From assembly GCF_009914755.1 (NCBI RefSeq), contig NC_060926.1: a stretch of DNA of 64,000 nt; one strand, given 5' to 3'. The position numbers and the translations under genes are program-made. Below, piece by piece: positions 1 through 12,952 of this stretch (the stretch's first letter is position 1; each line of letters begins with the position of its first letter). Source of the DNA: the human T2T-CHM13v2.0 reference genome, Homo sapiens. The notes beneath the pieces were generated by a model. That model was not told where the DNA came from. It saw only the letters and a program-made list of their open reading frames with translations, and ran no database searches.

Positions 1-260
<260 letters not shown>

Positions 261-2199
261 TCACCAGCTCTCCAGACCTCTACCAAGTCATAGGGACTGC
301 CTTGCTTTGAGGTGAAAGTTTATATGCAAGTATCTTTTTAAGTAGGACCATTTAGAAAGAATATGTTTGAATTGAGTTTGCTCTAAGTAATGTTTAACAC
401 TTTAATATCCTTTTCTATTTATGGGAATATAAGCTAACAGCATTTATACTTTATTTTCAGAATACCAGTGGTTTTCTTAGCTCTGGAAGAACTATATCTT
501 TAGATCCCAATGTAGACTTAAATTAAATAAATCCGTTTGGCTGGCTTCATCTGGATACAAATGACTACATATTTGTAATAGGTACTTGATTTCATGTTTA
601 ACTTACTTTTCTGTTTTTCCTCTGTATTTTGTTTTCAGAGCATTGAGTTAGCAATCAGAAGAACTAATGTTTATTCTCTTCCAAATCCCCTTCTTGCTTT
701 CTTACTTATTAAGCATTGTCTGTGTGATTTGCTTAGGATACAAAAAATGATCACAATGTGGTTTTGGCTTAGGAGGGGCTCATGTGAAGTGGTCCATGAC
801 CTGTCTGCCTTATTGCTTTGTTGATGGGTTTGATAGAAGGTTAAGTGTGAAATGCTGTGTAGACAGCTCATTGTTACACAACATCTGTATTATTAGCATC
901 CTTTTTAATGAGATAGATGGAGGTGTGGGCTATGAATGAGATTCTTCATGGCGTGAGTTTTCTGGCGGGATTTTTTAAGAGTGAGAAGAGGTGTGCCTTG
1001 AAGCAAGTAAGTAGGAGAACCTACTCCAGATATTGAGAGGGATGGCTAGAGAAGGACTGAATAGACCAGCTGCAAAAAAAAAAAAAAAAAAAAAAAAAAG
1101 CCAGGGCAGAGGAAGGAGGTGAATGCCAGGTATCTTTCTGATGACTGTACTGTGTATTTTCTAATATTCTTTGAAAACTTTGAGATCAGCAGAGATGCTG
1201 AGCCCTGCTGATGAGGAAGGGAGATTTGTTTAGAGACCGCTAATGATACTTTAAAGGTGCGTGCAGTGTGTCTGTGTACTAGGCAGGTGCCATTTAAGTC
1301 AGAAGCCACTTTCCTGCTTTAGGACAGGTGCTGGGATGTGGAAGCTAGGGATGCAAAGTTACAGCTCTGTGTTGGTTTATTGGCCACCTCATCATGAGTG
1401 CTTCTACTTCGTTAGTGACCTCTGATATGACTGCTGGATAGTCTTCTTGCAGTAACTTCCTTTAAAACTACGGTGGTTTGTGGTGAATAAAATTTATTTT
1501 CAAATTGTATTATTGCTTTTAACTGGTCTCAGAGATCTGGGCTGCCTTGATATAGGCCAGTGTTTAACTAAGCAAAGTGTTATGTCAGAATGTGGTTACT
1601 ATTCCATTATTTCTTCATCCTTCAATTTTGCTTTAATTTGATCTTAAATTTGCAAGTACCTAATGTTTTTAAGAGTGTTATATATATCATTTTTCCCTAA
1701 TTTTAAAACCTAAATACTTTAACAAGCTGCTCAACATGAAGAAGGGAATGGTTTGAATCAGTTTATGAAAGAATACTCTGTTCCCAGGTTGGGTGGGTGC
1801 CCTGTCAATAGCTTTATTATGTATGGCAAACACAATGCTAAGAAAACTTATTAGGAACTGAAGTCTTAAATGCTTGGGAGATTATAATGTGTTCCGACTT
1901 CAAAATTTTAAGTTAACTTCCGCTACCAGTTTCTATGAGACTGATTTCTGTAGTCTGCTTTCTGTAGTCATAGAAAATAGTAGTGAAAGCTATAGAAAGC
2001 TGTAGAAATGGAGAGGTGGGTGAGAATTTATTAAGGTGCCTTCAAACATATAAACTAGAAATAGATTCAGTTATATCAAAGATAGGCCTAGATGTGGACG
2101 GAATAGTGAATAGTTTCTGGGGCTACTCTTTCAACATGGATCTATCTGGTTAATTGATACTAGTCATTCTCTACTGCTATTTTTATAGCATTCATCACA

Positions 2200-2337
2200 T
2201 TTTAATTTTTGTGGCCATCTCATCCTGGGCTTTGAGCAGCCAAGAATAAGGTTAGTTCATCTTTGTATCTCTTGCATCTAGCATGGTACCTGGCACATAG
2301 AAAGCATTCAATAAATACTGTACTGATTGAATGAAAC
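2200..2337 (+). mobile_element. L2 LINE 3' end
   Basis: cctggcacatag...tcaataaata...ttgaatgaa, the typical L2 terminus. Confidence 0.75.
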
Positions 2338-2919
2338 ATTTTTTACAAATGTGTTTGAACCAAAGGCAGCCTATTGTTAACCTTGGCGAGCCTTGGAAAG
2401 CTTTTTGCTTGTGGTGACGTAGCAACTGAAATATTTTGTAAAAAGTGAAAATACCTTCAAATGATTTATCTCTTTCTGATCTTTATTAAGACAGCAGTGT
2501 TGTATCCACACATTCCTAATTGTGTGTAGTCAATTCTTACAAGTTCTTGCCATGCTTGTGTCCTTAAAATGTTTCACAATTTTGGCACTGAGAAGCCAGA
2601 GCGAAGTGAAGGAGTTGCTCATTGTTCTCCATACACTCTGGGTTCTCCCACCTCTGCACCTTGGCTCAGGTTTTCCCCTTTAGCTAGAATGCCCTTTTTC
2701 CTTGGCTTTGGCTGTCTCCTAATGGATTACTCGCTGTACCTACCCTTCTAGGCTGAGCTCATAGCTAGCATATGTAATCTAACATTTGAATCAGTTGAGA
2801 AAACTCTTATTTTCCTGCTCTATACACCCAGTATAGTTGGTTTGCAGGTGTCTGTGGAGTTTGTTTTATACAGTGCCTGTTGGGCTAGAGCTGCATTATA
2901 GCTAGTGTCTGTAAGACCG

Positions 2920-3110
2920 TTCTAGTTTAAGAGCATGCAGGGTGGCAACAGTGAGATGAGACTGGCTGTATCAGTTTATGGCTGTTCAGTTTATGGCAGG
3001 TGACTTAAACTGAGCCTTCATTTTCTCATAAGCAAAATGGGAACTTAGTATAACTAAGTAGGAAAATGTATATAATGCCTAGGAATGGCTTTTGCTAGGT
3101 GCCTAATAAG
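2920..3110 (+). mobile_element. MIR fragment
   Basis: gtgacttaaactgagccttcattttctcataagcaaaatggg, MIR core-like. Confidence 0.65.
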
Positions 3111-3897
3111 TAGAGTTTCCTTTTCTTCTCTTTATTTCAAATGATGTAAAAGAAGCCTTGTTTTGAAACCAAGAGTTGTTAATCTGACCAAATTTCATGA
3201 AAGGATATTGATCACAACATATTTGTTATCAGAGTTTGGTAACACCTGACTAATTTTTTGTATTGCTTTGGGATTTATTTAAGCATGTGAGACTGGTATT
3301 ACCTAAGGTTTTAGTTGACAGAAGATGGATAGCCTGAGAGGTCGAAATTATGAGAGCAAAAGACTTTTGAAAATTTCTGCCATGGCATATTTCATACGTT
3401 TCAGCTTGGTGTCCAGGGTTTCCCTGAACAGACGAGTTTGTGACATATGAGCTCATAAATATACTTGCCTGTGCCCTCTTCCAGAAGGGAAAGCCAGATC
3501 TCCAGGGATGCTAACTGTTGGGGAGACAATGAGAGGAGCTTCTTGTTTGAATATCTTTGTTCACAGCAGAGATCATATTTGAAGTTCTTCTCTTCATCAA
3601 AAAGAGCAGAATGGAAAATGGTTTAATATTCCTGTCGTTAGGGTTTCCGCTCTGTGTGGGGTCATGAGAGTCACAGTCTTTATTCTGAATTCTGAAATGA
3701 TGGTTTGTTTTACTTTTAAAAATGCATCTCACAGGGAAATAGAGAATTGTTCCTGTGAACTTCCTGCCTGCTGTACTAAACGCAGTTGCTGTGGCAGTTT
3801 TTAAAAAGAAATTAAAATGCAGTAATGCTTTAAATGTACTGCTTTAAGAAACTCGATAACTCTTGATTAGTTAGCATAACAAACAGCAAAGCAGAAC

Positions 3898-4209
<312 letters not shown>

Positions 4210-4674
4210 TAACCATGTTGTTTCACTTTTTGAAGCACTTAATAGGAGGTAAATATACTTTTGAAAGTTACATACTTAATAGAAACACACATTAATGGTA
4301 CCCAAAGAACCAACTCACTCGTAGATTGTGCTCCATTTTTGTGCGGAAGTTTTTGTGCCAGCCAATTACATTTGCTTCTGTGGTAGATTTCTCTTCATTG
4401 GGTCAAAGGAGAGGCGTCATTAAGGAAAGCGCATGTGTCTTTGTTTCCTCTGGGTGTTCTGATGTGAGAGAGCCTGGCTTCTTCAGTAGAAGATTCTGGG
4501 AGGTTTTTGATAATCAAGTGTGGGAGGACTTTTCTAATTTTCAGTGCTTCCTGGTGAGAAAAGCAGATCTCAAGAAGGGCTGAGAGAGGGTCCACTTGCC
4601 TCCACAAAGATCCTGATGCTAATAGAGGCTAAAGAGTCACTTTTGGCTTCAACTTTTAACTGCATTCTTAGGGC

Positions 4675-4898
4675 TCTTAATGTATTATGGACTTGAAATT
4701 TGCAATGAGAGTAGATCTCAAGTGGTCTCACCATACACACCCACACCAAGAAAGGAAACGATGTGAGGTGATAGATAATGCTAATTAGCTTGATTGTGGT
4801 AATCATTTCACAATATAAACTTATATAAAAAAATCACATACACCTTTATTATATATATAATTCTTGTCAGTCATACCTCAATAAAGCTGGGGAAAAAA
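4675..4898 (+). mobile_element. L1 3' end (late L1MA/L1MB type)
   Basis: gtgaggtgatagat...gcttgattgtggtaatcatttcacaat...tacctcaataaagctgg. Confidence 0.85.
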
Positions 4899-4931
4899 TA
4901 GAAGTGTGTCCATAATATTCAATAAATAATA

Positions 4932-5180
4932 CAGTCATGAGCCACATAACATTTCCATCAAAAACGGACAACAAACTGGTCTCACAAGATTATAATAGAG
5001 CTGAGAATTCCTATCATCCAGTGACATTGTAGCTGCCTTAACATAGGGCAATGCATTACCCACGTGTTTGTAGTGATGTTGGTGTAAACAAACCTACTGT
5101 GCTGCAAATGGAGAGCACATACAATTATGTTCAGTATATAATACTTGATAATGATCATAAACGACTAAGTTACTGGCTTA
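4932..5180. mobile_element. Tigger3/Golem (MER7-like) DNA transposon fragment
   Basis: ta|cagtcatgagccacataac terminus; ggtgtaaacaaacctactgtgctgc internal motif. Confidence 0.8.
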
Positions 5181-5546
5181 AAAAAATAGGAGTGTGGTGA
5201 GGGAGAGACCAACAAATAGGGCAGAGAGAGAGGTAGTTTTAATTTCTGGGAGAGATGCGGATATTAAATTTACCTCCCTTGGAAACACTGGAAGGAGGAT
5301 AAAGCAAGAGGGCTCTGGGAATCTAGTGGAAACTTTTTAGGTGTGGACACTTCCGTTAATCCTTTTTTTTTTTTTTTTTTTTTTTTGTAGTTTAGGGGGC
5401 AATAGTGTATTAGGCTCTAACTTTGGGTTTTGTGATTTCCTTTTATAAGATAAATTTAGTTTTCTTTTTTGGAGTTTAATTGTTTATTGTAATGCTAATT
5501 GTCTTCATGTAGCATGTTGTAAGCTTAAAATGTTCCGTAAGAGTAA

Positions 5547-5679
5547 CCTGGCGTGGTGGTGCATGTCTGTAGTCCTAGCTACTAGGGAGGCTGAGATGGG
5601 ATGATAGTTTGAACACAGGAGTTCGAGACTAGCCTGGGCAACATAATAAGACCCTGTTTCAAATCAAAAAACCAAAAAA
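5547..5679 (+). mobile_element. Free Alu monomer (FLAM-like)
   Basis: Single ~130-bp Alu arm with A-rich tail. Confidence 0.85.
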
Positions 5680-6169
5680 TATTTCATAAAAGGTAGCTGC
5701 TATTAATAATGGCATAATTATAATAATATCTTACTGTTATTATATATCCAGAATGGTTATAGCAAACTTGGTGCTCTTTGAAAATTACCACAGCAGCTAA
5801 CCCTGGAAACCAAAGAAAGCCATTGAGGAAATCCTAGCCATCCCCAAACTTAGAGGAAATAAGTTAAGGCATTTATTTAGTCTTCAAGGGTTTTATTTAT
5901 GGCAAAGAAATGAGGAGAAGTCATCATCAGTTTGATGATTAGCATCTGTTTTATTTAGAGAATTTTGACATCATAAACTAGGAATTTGTAAAACTGTATG
6001 TGCATATTTTTCTACATCTGGGGAGCTACCATATGTTATACAGATCTCATCCCTTACATTTCTAGAGTTGTACTGTAGGAACTATGTCTAGTAAAAATCT
6101 CACTCTTGGCTTATATGCATTTGGAATTACCCTTTCATATAATAAAGAAATAGGGTATTGATTTCTATT

Positions 6170-6360
6170 TTTGTGAATGCTTACTTTGTGTATATTTATC
6201 TTTTTAAGTTTTCGTAGCAGCTCTGCAAAGTAGGCATTTTATCTTTATTTTCCAGGTGAGGAAACTGATTCTGAGGAGTAAAATAATTTGCTCAAAGTTT
6301 TGTGATAGTGGCAGTACTCAGGTTGGAAACAAGGATTGGCTGACTCCAAAGTCCATTTTC
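6170..6360 (-). mobile_element. MIR
   Basis: ttttccaggtgaggaaactga...tggctgactccaaagtcc. Confidence 0.8.
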
Positions 6361-9300
6361 TGTTTGTTACTTAAGTTGTACTTACACATTTTCCTAAATT
6401 TATTTTTCTCATGACTTGTCCTCACTCCAGAGTCTGGATTACCAGCCCCTGTGGTCTAGCAGAAGTTTGGGATGTTGAGGTAGGGCCTGGGCATTGGGGT
6501 GTAGACATCGATATTGCTGGCCAGGATAGGGGCTAGGCCATGGAATGACTGTGGGTAGAACTCAGCTGGTGGGGAGATATGGTCCATTTGATGGCTGACA
6601 TTAGTGAGAGGGCAGGAGAGTACTCTTGATCAGTGATTGGTTTCCCAGGACAGAAGCAAAGCCTTCCCTCAGGCTTCCTGAGTGAAAGAGCATCCTTCAA
6701 ACATCGTGCTTGAAAGGTGGACTCTTCTCCTCGGTTCAGTGGAGGCAGCCTGCCTGGGTCCCTTGAGTGCGCCTTCATCCTGGGGCATCTTGGGATTTAG
6801 GAAGCTTGTATCTGAATTTTGGAATGCAAGGGCTTCTGGTGGGGGCCATTATATTTTCAGCTAAGATTGGCCTTCCCTGGTCCAGAGCCTGCACACGTTT
6901 CTAAAATCTTTTTCAAACTCTCTGCTGCTTCATTAAAGTAAGAAAAAATAGCTACACTCTAGATTTGGTTTCTTGTTTCTTCAATGACACTTTGTCTCCT
7001 CATCCTAACACAGTAATCAACTAACCTAGTAAACTAACCCATGTTAGTGTAGCTAATATCCATAAATGTATTAGAGGAAGAATTCTTTTTTAGCAAGAAA
7101 CTCCGAGGCCATGCTCCCTATCTTTGTCTAACTCCTTGGTGACTTTAGTAATGAGAATTTTAATCTAGAGGCTCCAGGGAGACACCCTCCCCACAAAGTG
7201 TGGGATTGCTCCTGTATTCTGTTAATGCCTATTTGTTAAAAGAGTTAACAGTGACCCTTGAACCATGAAGCAACTCTTTTTGGTGCTAAAAGAACACAAG
7301 TGCCCAAGAATGCAGCAGCATCGAAACTGGGGATGAAGTGATTTGTTCTTGACATCAGTTGGCAGGTACATTCTCTTGCAGAGAGTAAAGATGAAATAGA
7401 ATCCCATTCATAGAAGGCAGTTTGTAGGGAGGGAGGCTGGGGATGGGAAAATGAGCTCAGGCTCAGAGGCCTTTTACGTCTTAGTGTTCTCACAAATATG
7501 CTTCCAATAAAAACCATTTAAAAGGCAAAATATAAAATTCTTCCATTTAGGAGGACCTTGCTGAGATCTATGGTGGTGGTTTAAACTGTGCCGTGATTAG
7601 AACCATGCCCTATGAATGTGTAATATGTTGTCGACCAGATGGTCATATAATGCTCACTGTCCTGGTGAGTTTGAATTAGGGAGCTGGGGAAATCTTGGCT
7701 GAGAAAAGGTAAGATAAGGCAAAAGTATATCTGCTTGAGGGGCAAAGTTGCATTCAACTGATTTGGTCTCTGCAGAAGTTTGCCATAGAAATCTGTCAGT
7801 GTGTACTGCTTTCTACTATTAATTGGGGTTTTAGTCACATGCTTTGTGGTTTGTTCATGAAGTTTTTATTTAAATGACTTATGAGAACTATCAAAATGTT
7901 TGCTCTGAAGGCTTAAATTGTGTTCTTATGCCATGGATTTTTTTTCAGATGATCAACTTACCCATGTGAAAATGCTTGAGCAGGTTGGCTGCCAAATTGT
8001 AATGAAAGGCTGTCAGCAATGCCTTGATTTATCTTTCTTTCACCTCTCCTGGATATGCTGTCTGCTTCCTAAGTCTAAGAGGGATATACTCAGTCCTGCA
8101 GACAACATCTGTGCTTCTGCATCAGGTTCCCTGCCTTTCTTGGGAGCTTTAAACATAAGAGTATCAGGAAAGGTTCCATAGTTGGTGACAATAGAAGATA
8201 GGTTAGTTTTGGGCAAATGAGGAAATGAAATGAGCTTCTCTTTCTCCTAGCATACCCTGCTGAGATTTATTCCCAGCACCTTCAAGGGGGCTATTGTAGA
8301 ATGCAATCCCCAGTGCTCTCAGTGAAAGGGAGAATTACAAAGTACAGAGTCTTATCCTTTCACTGTAATCCCGGGTGCACACTTGGATTCTTGATCTGTA
8401 AGTGGGAGTGTGGTCCAGACCTCATTCAATGTAAAGCTCTTATAGAGACCCTGATTTTTTAAAGGGAATTTCTGCTGTTGCCACTTGTCTTGTCATCTTC
8501 TCCCTGAGAATGTTTTACCATAGCAGTTAATAAGTTATGTGATTTTAAATACCTCTTCACTTGGAGGAGTCAGTGCCTGTGGTAAGTCCTTTGACCATTC
8601 ATTAACTCATTCAACAAACTCTAGGCTTTAGCTGACAACTTTTTCATTAGCAGCTTTCTTTGCTTGTTATTTTACTTTGATTTTCATGCTTTTCACCTTA
8701 TATGTGTCTATCTGTTTTCCCTCTAGGACTTTCATGACCCTACATTTTCAGCAATTCATTGTCTGTCTGATTTGATGTTATTACCTTGAGGCCTGGAGAT
8801 TTCTTACACAGAGGTGTTTTTCATTGACCTGGATAAACTCAGAAACAAGTCATCACTGTCTTTTGGCATCCCGCCTCCCCATTTATGTGTTATTCACCAT
8901 AGTCTAATTAAATATGTTAAGTAGCAATGCCGGAAGAAGTAGATTCTGCTTTCAAAATGGTTTTAATTTATCTCAACAAAGGTAGAGAAAACCTTTGTTG
9001 CTTTAGGAGTCTAGGAGACTCCCCTGGGCAAAGTTTGCTGTTTTTTCTTCCCAGATTCCCCTTGCCCTTCACCATTCCTCCAAGACGCTTGAGGAATGAT
9101 GATTTAAAAGAAAAAGGTCATGAGGGAGGACTGGTTCATAGATATTTCATGAAAAAGTGTGGCCTGTCTTGGGATTAAACCATTCCTGGGAAGTAGAAAT
9201 GAGCTCTTCATTGCTTTGTAGGCAACCACAGTATATAAATACTGTAGAAGATCTGGGTTAAAAACCAAAGCCCAAGCTGTTATCTATAGTGTGCTGTTGC

Positions 9301-9744
9301 CAAGCTCCCAGTAAAGTTTTAGTTTAACAGACCACATTGTGGCTGATAATGATAATTTTGTGTTATCCCTATTGGATGAGTGGCTAGCCTGTTTCCACAG
9401 TAGACAGATGCTTTTCTTAATGGCAGACACCAGCCCAGGGCCTTGCTTTGTAGTAGGCCTTTGATAAATGTTTGTTAGATTTAATTGCCTGCTGACTTGT
9501 TGAGTACGGAGTGTGATTAGATTAAAACTAATATGTTGTAATTAAGAACTATCAGTCACAAAACAAATTTAATTTTTTTCTATAAATGTATGAAATATAA
9601 AAGTTATAAAATAATTATGACTTATCAAGGGGAAAGTTGTGACTTATCAAGCCCTGCTTATACTGCATTCAGTAGCTGAGGTTCAGTTCATTTCCACATT
9701 TGAGTTTGAACTCCATGTCTGGTTGTTTTTTAAATGTGTGTGTT

Positions 9745-10049
9745 TTTTCTTTTTTTTTGGTGGGAATTGGAGTTGGGGTCTCTCTGTCATACGGGCTAGA
9801 GTGCAGTAGTGCAATGATAGCTGACTGCAGCCTCAAACTTTTGGACTCAAGCCATCCTCCTGCCTCAGCCTCCTGAGTAGCTAGGTGTCATCACACCTGG
9901 CTAATTAAAAAAAAAATTTTTTTTTTTTTTGTAGAGGTGGTGTCTCACTATGTTGCCCAGGCTGGTCTTGATCTCCTGGGCTCACACAATCCTCTTGACT
10001 CAACCTACCGAAGCACTGGGATTACAGGTGTGGGCCACTGCGCTTGGCT
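9745..10049 (-). mobile_element. AluJ
   Basis: Both arms, diverged; linker expanded to an A-run followed by a T-run. Confidence 0.93.
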
Positions 10050-10341
10050 GCACGTTTTCTTTCCACAGTTTTTTCTGTCCTTTGTTGAAAGGCTTCATTG
10101 TCCTGCTGATAATTAGGCTAATATAATAAGAATTAGGAAGATTCTTCTTTATCACCTGTTCTTAGATGACAAAGATTCTTAGAAATTCTTGCTCTGTTTA
10201 TTTTGTACTTCCGGGTAATGTAGTTTAGATCTGAAGAGACATAATTGAGGTTAGCTCTCACAGAGGAGGAAAATACTTGTGTACTAAGGATCAGTTTAAA
10301 TGACTCAAGAAAAGCAATCAAAGAAGTGTTATCTTTACCAT

Positions 10342-10710
10342 TGTATTGGTCTGTTCTCACATTGCTAATAAAGACATACGTTAGACTGGGTATTTATAAA
10401 GGAAGAGGTTTAATTGACTCACAGTTCAGCATGGCTGGGGAGGCCTCAGGAAATTTACAATCATGGTGGAAGGGGAAGCAAACGCGTCCTTCTTCACGTG
10501 TCGGCAGCAAGGAGAAGTATGAACGGAATGGGAGAAAAGCCCTTACGAAACCATCAGATCTCATGAGAACTCACTATCTTGAGAACAGCATGAGCCTAAC
10601 TACCCCCGTGATTCAATTACCTTCCACCGAGTCCCTCCCATGACATGTGGGGATTATGGGAACTACAATTCAAGATGACATTTGGGTGGGGACACAGCCA
10701 AACCATATCA
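10342..10710 (-). mobile_element. THE1 (C/D-like) MaLR solo LTR
   Basis: TG...CA termini, ends gacacagccaaaccatatca; perfect 5-bp TSD ACCAT (10337-10341 and 10711-10715). Confidence 0.95.
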
Positions 10711-11238
10711 ACCATATTCTGCCTAAATTAGAAGCCTATCTCTAATCACAGCTTAATTATTCAAGTGCCTAATGTCACCACAGATTCTTCTTTTAATTGG
10801 TGATTTTCTAATACTATTGCAGGACCTTCTGATTGATAGTTTGTGCACAAGTTTTCAAAAAGAAGTTAGTGTCTCTTTTTAAGAGAAATTCATCAACTAA
10901 AGTGACATTAGAACCAGTGATTAAAAATTACTGAGGTCACATCTGTGGATGTCTATGACTGTCTACTTTTTGTTTATAGAACTCATGACTGTTTAAATGA
11001 AAGCAGTCACCTCAGTCCTCACTAAAAACAATGATTGTTAAAAATATAAAATTTAAGGTGGCTAGCAGAATGAGGCAATAAATACCAGATAAATGGAGTC
11101 ATGAGTAAAAGTATTAATGTCAAGGCTTCTTTTTGGTTGAAATCTAAATGCTTTTTTTTCAATTTGGACTTAACAGGGAGGGTGCTGCAAATGAAAGGAG
11201 CATTTTTTTTTTCTATAAAGCCTAACACAGTGTTAGGG

Positions 11239-11601
11239 TGTCTTAGTCCATTTGGGCTGCTGTACAGTAACAGAGTACTATAAATTAGGTAGCTTCTAAA
11301 GAACAGAAACTTATTTCTCATGGTTCTGGAGACTGAGAAGTCCAAGATCAAGGCATCAGCAAATTTGAGGGGAGGACCTGCCTCCTGGTTTGGAGACAGC
11401 CATCCTTCTGCTGTATCTTCATATAGCAGAAAGGATAAGTAAGCTCTCTGGGACCTCTTTTTTAGGGGCACTAATCGCATTTACGAGGACTCCGCCTTCA
11501 TGATCTAATCACCTCCCAAGAGCCCCATCTCCTAAAACCATTACATTTAGGGGTTAGGTTTCAACCTATGAATTTTGAGGAGACACATTCAGTTTATGGC
11601 A
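11239..11601 (-). mobile_element. MaLR solo LTR (MLT1A/late MST type)
   Basis: tgtcttagtccatttgggctgct...aagtccaagatcaagg...ctaatcacctccc...acattcagtttatggca. Confidence 0.9.
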
Positions 11602-11681
11602 GTGGGAGATACTTTGTCTTCAGATAGTTAGATCTTTAACTCCGAATTCTTATGTACCTTTTAGAAATAAGGACTGATTTA

Positions 11682-12952
11682 GACTAGAGTTGTTGGGCCC
11701 GGCGTGACCCGAAGTAGTGGAGAGAGCACAGGACTAGAGCGCAGACCTCAGGACGTGGATCCGAGCCGGCGCGATGGGCGGAGAGCAGGAGGAGGAGCGG
11801 TTCGATGGCATGTTGCTGGCCATGGCTCAGCAGCACGAGGGCGGCGTGCAGGAGCTTGTGAACACTTTCTTCAGCTTCCTTCGACGCAAAACAGACTTTT
11901 TCACTGCAGGAGAAGAGGGGATGGCAAAGAAGCTTATCATACAGACTTTCAGCCACGACAATCAGCTGGCACAGAAGGCCCGGTGGGAGAAGAGAACCCG
12001 GGAGAAGGTGGAGCGGGTGGCCGGGCTGGCCAAGGAAGCCAAGTCAGAGACCTCGGGGCCCCAGATAAAGGCAGACAGGCAGAGAGGCTGCAGCTAGAGA
12101 TTGACCAGAAAAAGGATGCAGAGAATCATGAGGCCCAGCTCAAGAACGGCAGCCTTGACTCCCCAGGAAAGCAGGAGAAGAAGGAGGAAGATGAGGAGGA
12201 CAAAGGAAAACTGAAGCCCAACCTAGGCAACGGGGCAGACCTGCCCAATTACTGCTGGACCCAGAGCCTGTCGGAGCTGGACCTGGTGGTCCCTTTCCGT
12301 GTAAACTTCCGGCTGAAAGGGAAGGACATGGTGGTGGACATCCAGGGGCAGCACCTCCGGGTGGGGCTCAAGGGGCAGCCAGCAATCATCGATGGGGAGC
12401 TCTACAACGAAGTGAAGGTAGGGGAGAGCTCGTGGCTCATTGAGGATGGCAAGGTGGTGACTGTGCATCTTGAGAAGATCAATAAGATGGAGTGGTGGAG
12501 CTGCTTGGTGTCCAGTGACCCTAAGATCAATACCAAGATGATTAACCCTGAGAATTCCAAGCTGTCAGACCTGGACAATGAGACTCGCAGCATGGTGGAA
12601 AAGATGATGTATGACCAGAGACAGAAGTCCATGGGGCTGCCAATCTCAGACGAACAGAAGAAACAGGAGATTCTGAAGAAGTTCATGGATCAGCATCTGG
12701 AGATGGATTTTTCCAAGGCCAAATTCAACTAGCCCGTGCTTTTTCCTCCCTGAACTCTTGGGGCTGAGCTACAACCATCCAACTTTCTTTCCCACTCTTC
12801 TCTGGCCCTTGTGAGCCTCAGGGCTTGGGGTAGGCATGGGACTGGCCTAGGCACACGGATCCCAGGGCATCAGGAGAAAGGCTGGGGCTTGGGGTCTTGT
12901 CTTCCCCAGTTGGCCTACTGTTAGGCATTAAAGCAATTTGCCCAGCAAAAAC
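11682..12952 (+). pseudogene. NUDC: Processed pseudogene of NUDC (nuclear distribution C)
   Basis: Intronless. ATG 11774 gives [43 protein letters not shown] (NUDC N-terminus); frameshift at ~12071; second frame gives [24 protein letters not shown]...MDFSKAKFN with stop at 12732. ATTAAA 12927-12932, short A remnant, TSD agaaataag(g/t)actgattta at 11663-11681 and 12953-12971. The symbol is the parent gene; the exact pseudogene number cannot be determined. Confidence 0.98.

Noticed and set aside
10245-10643. 132-aa ORF, and similar ones at 11022-11480 and 25608-26114
   Set aside because: They run through LTR or L1 fossils with no domain similarity
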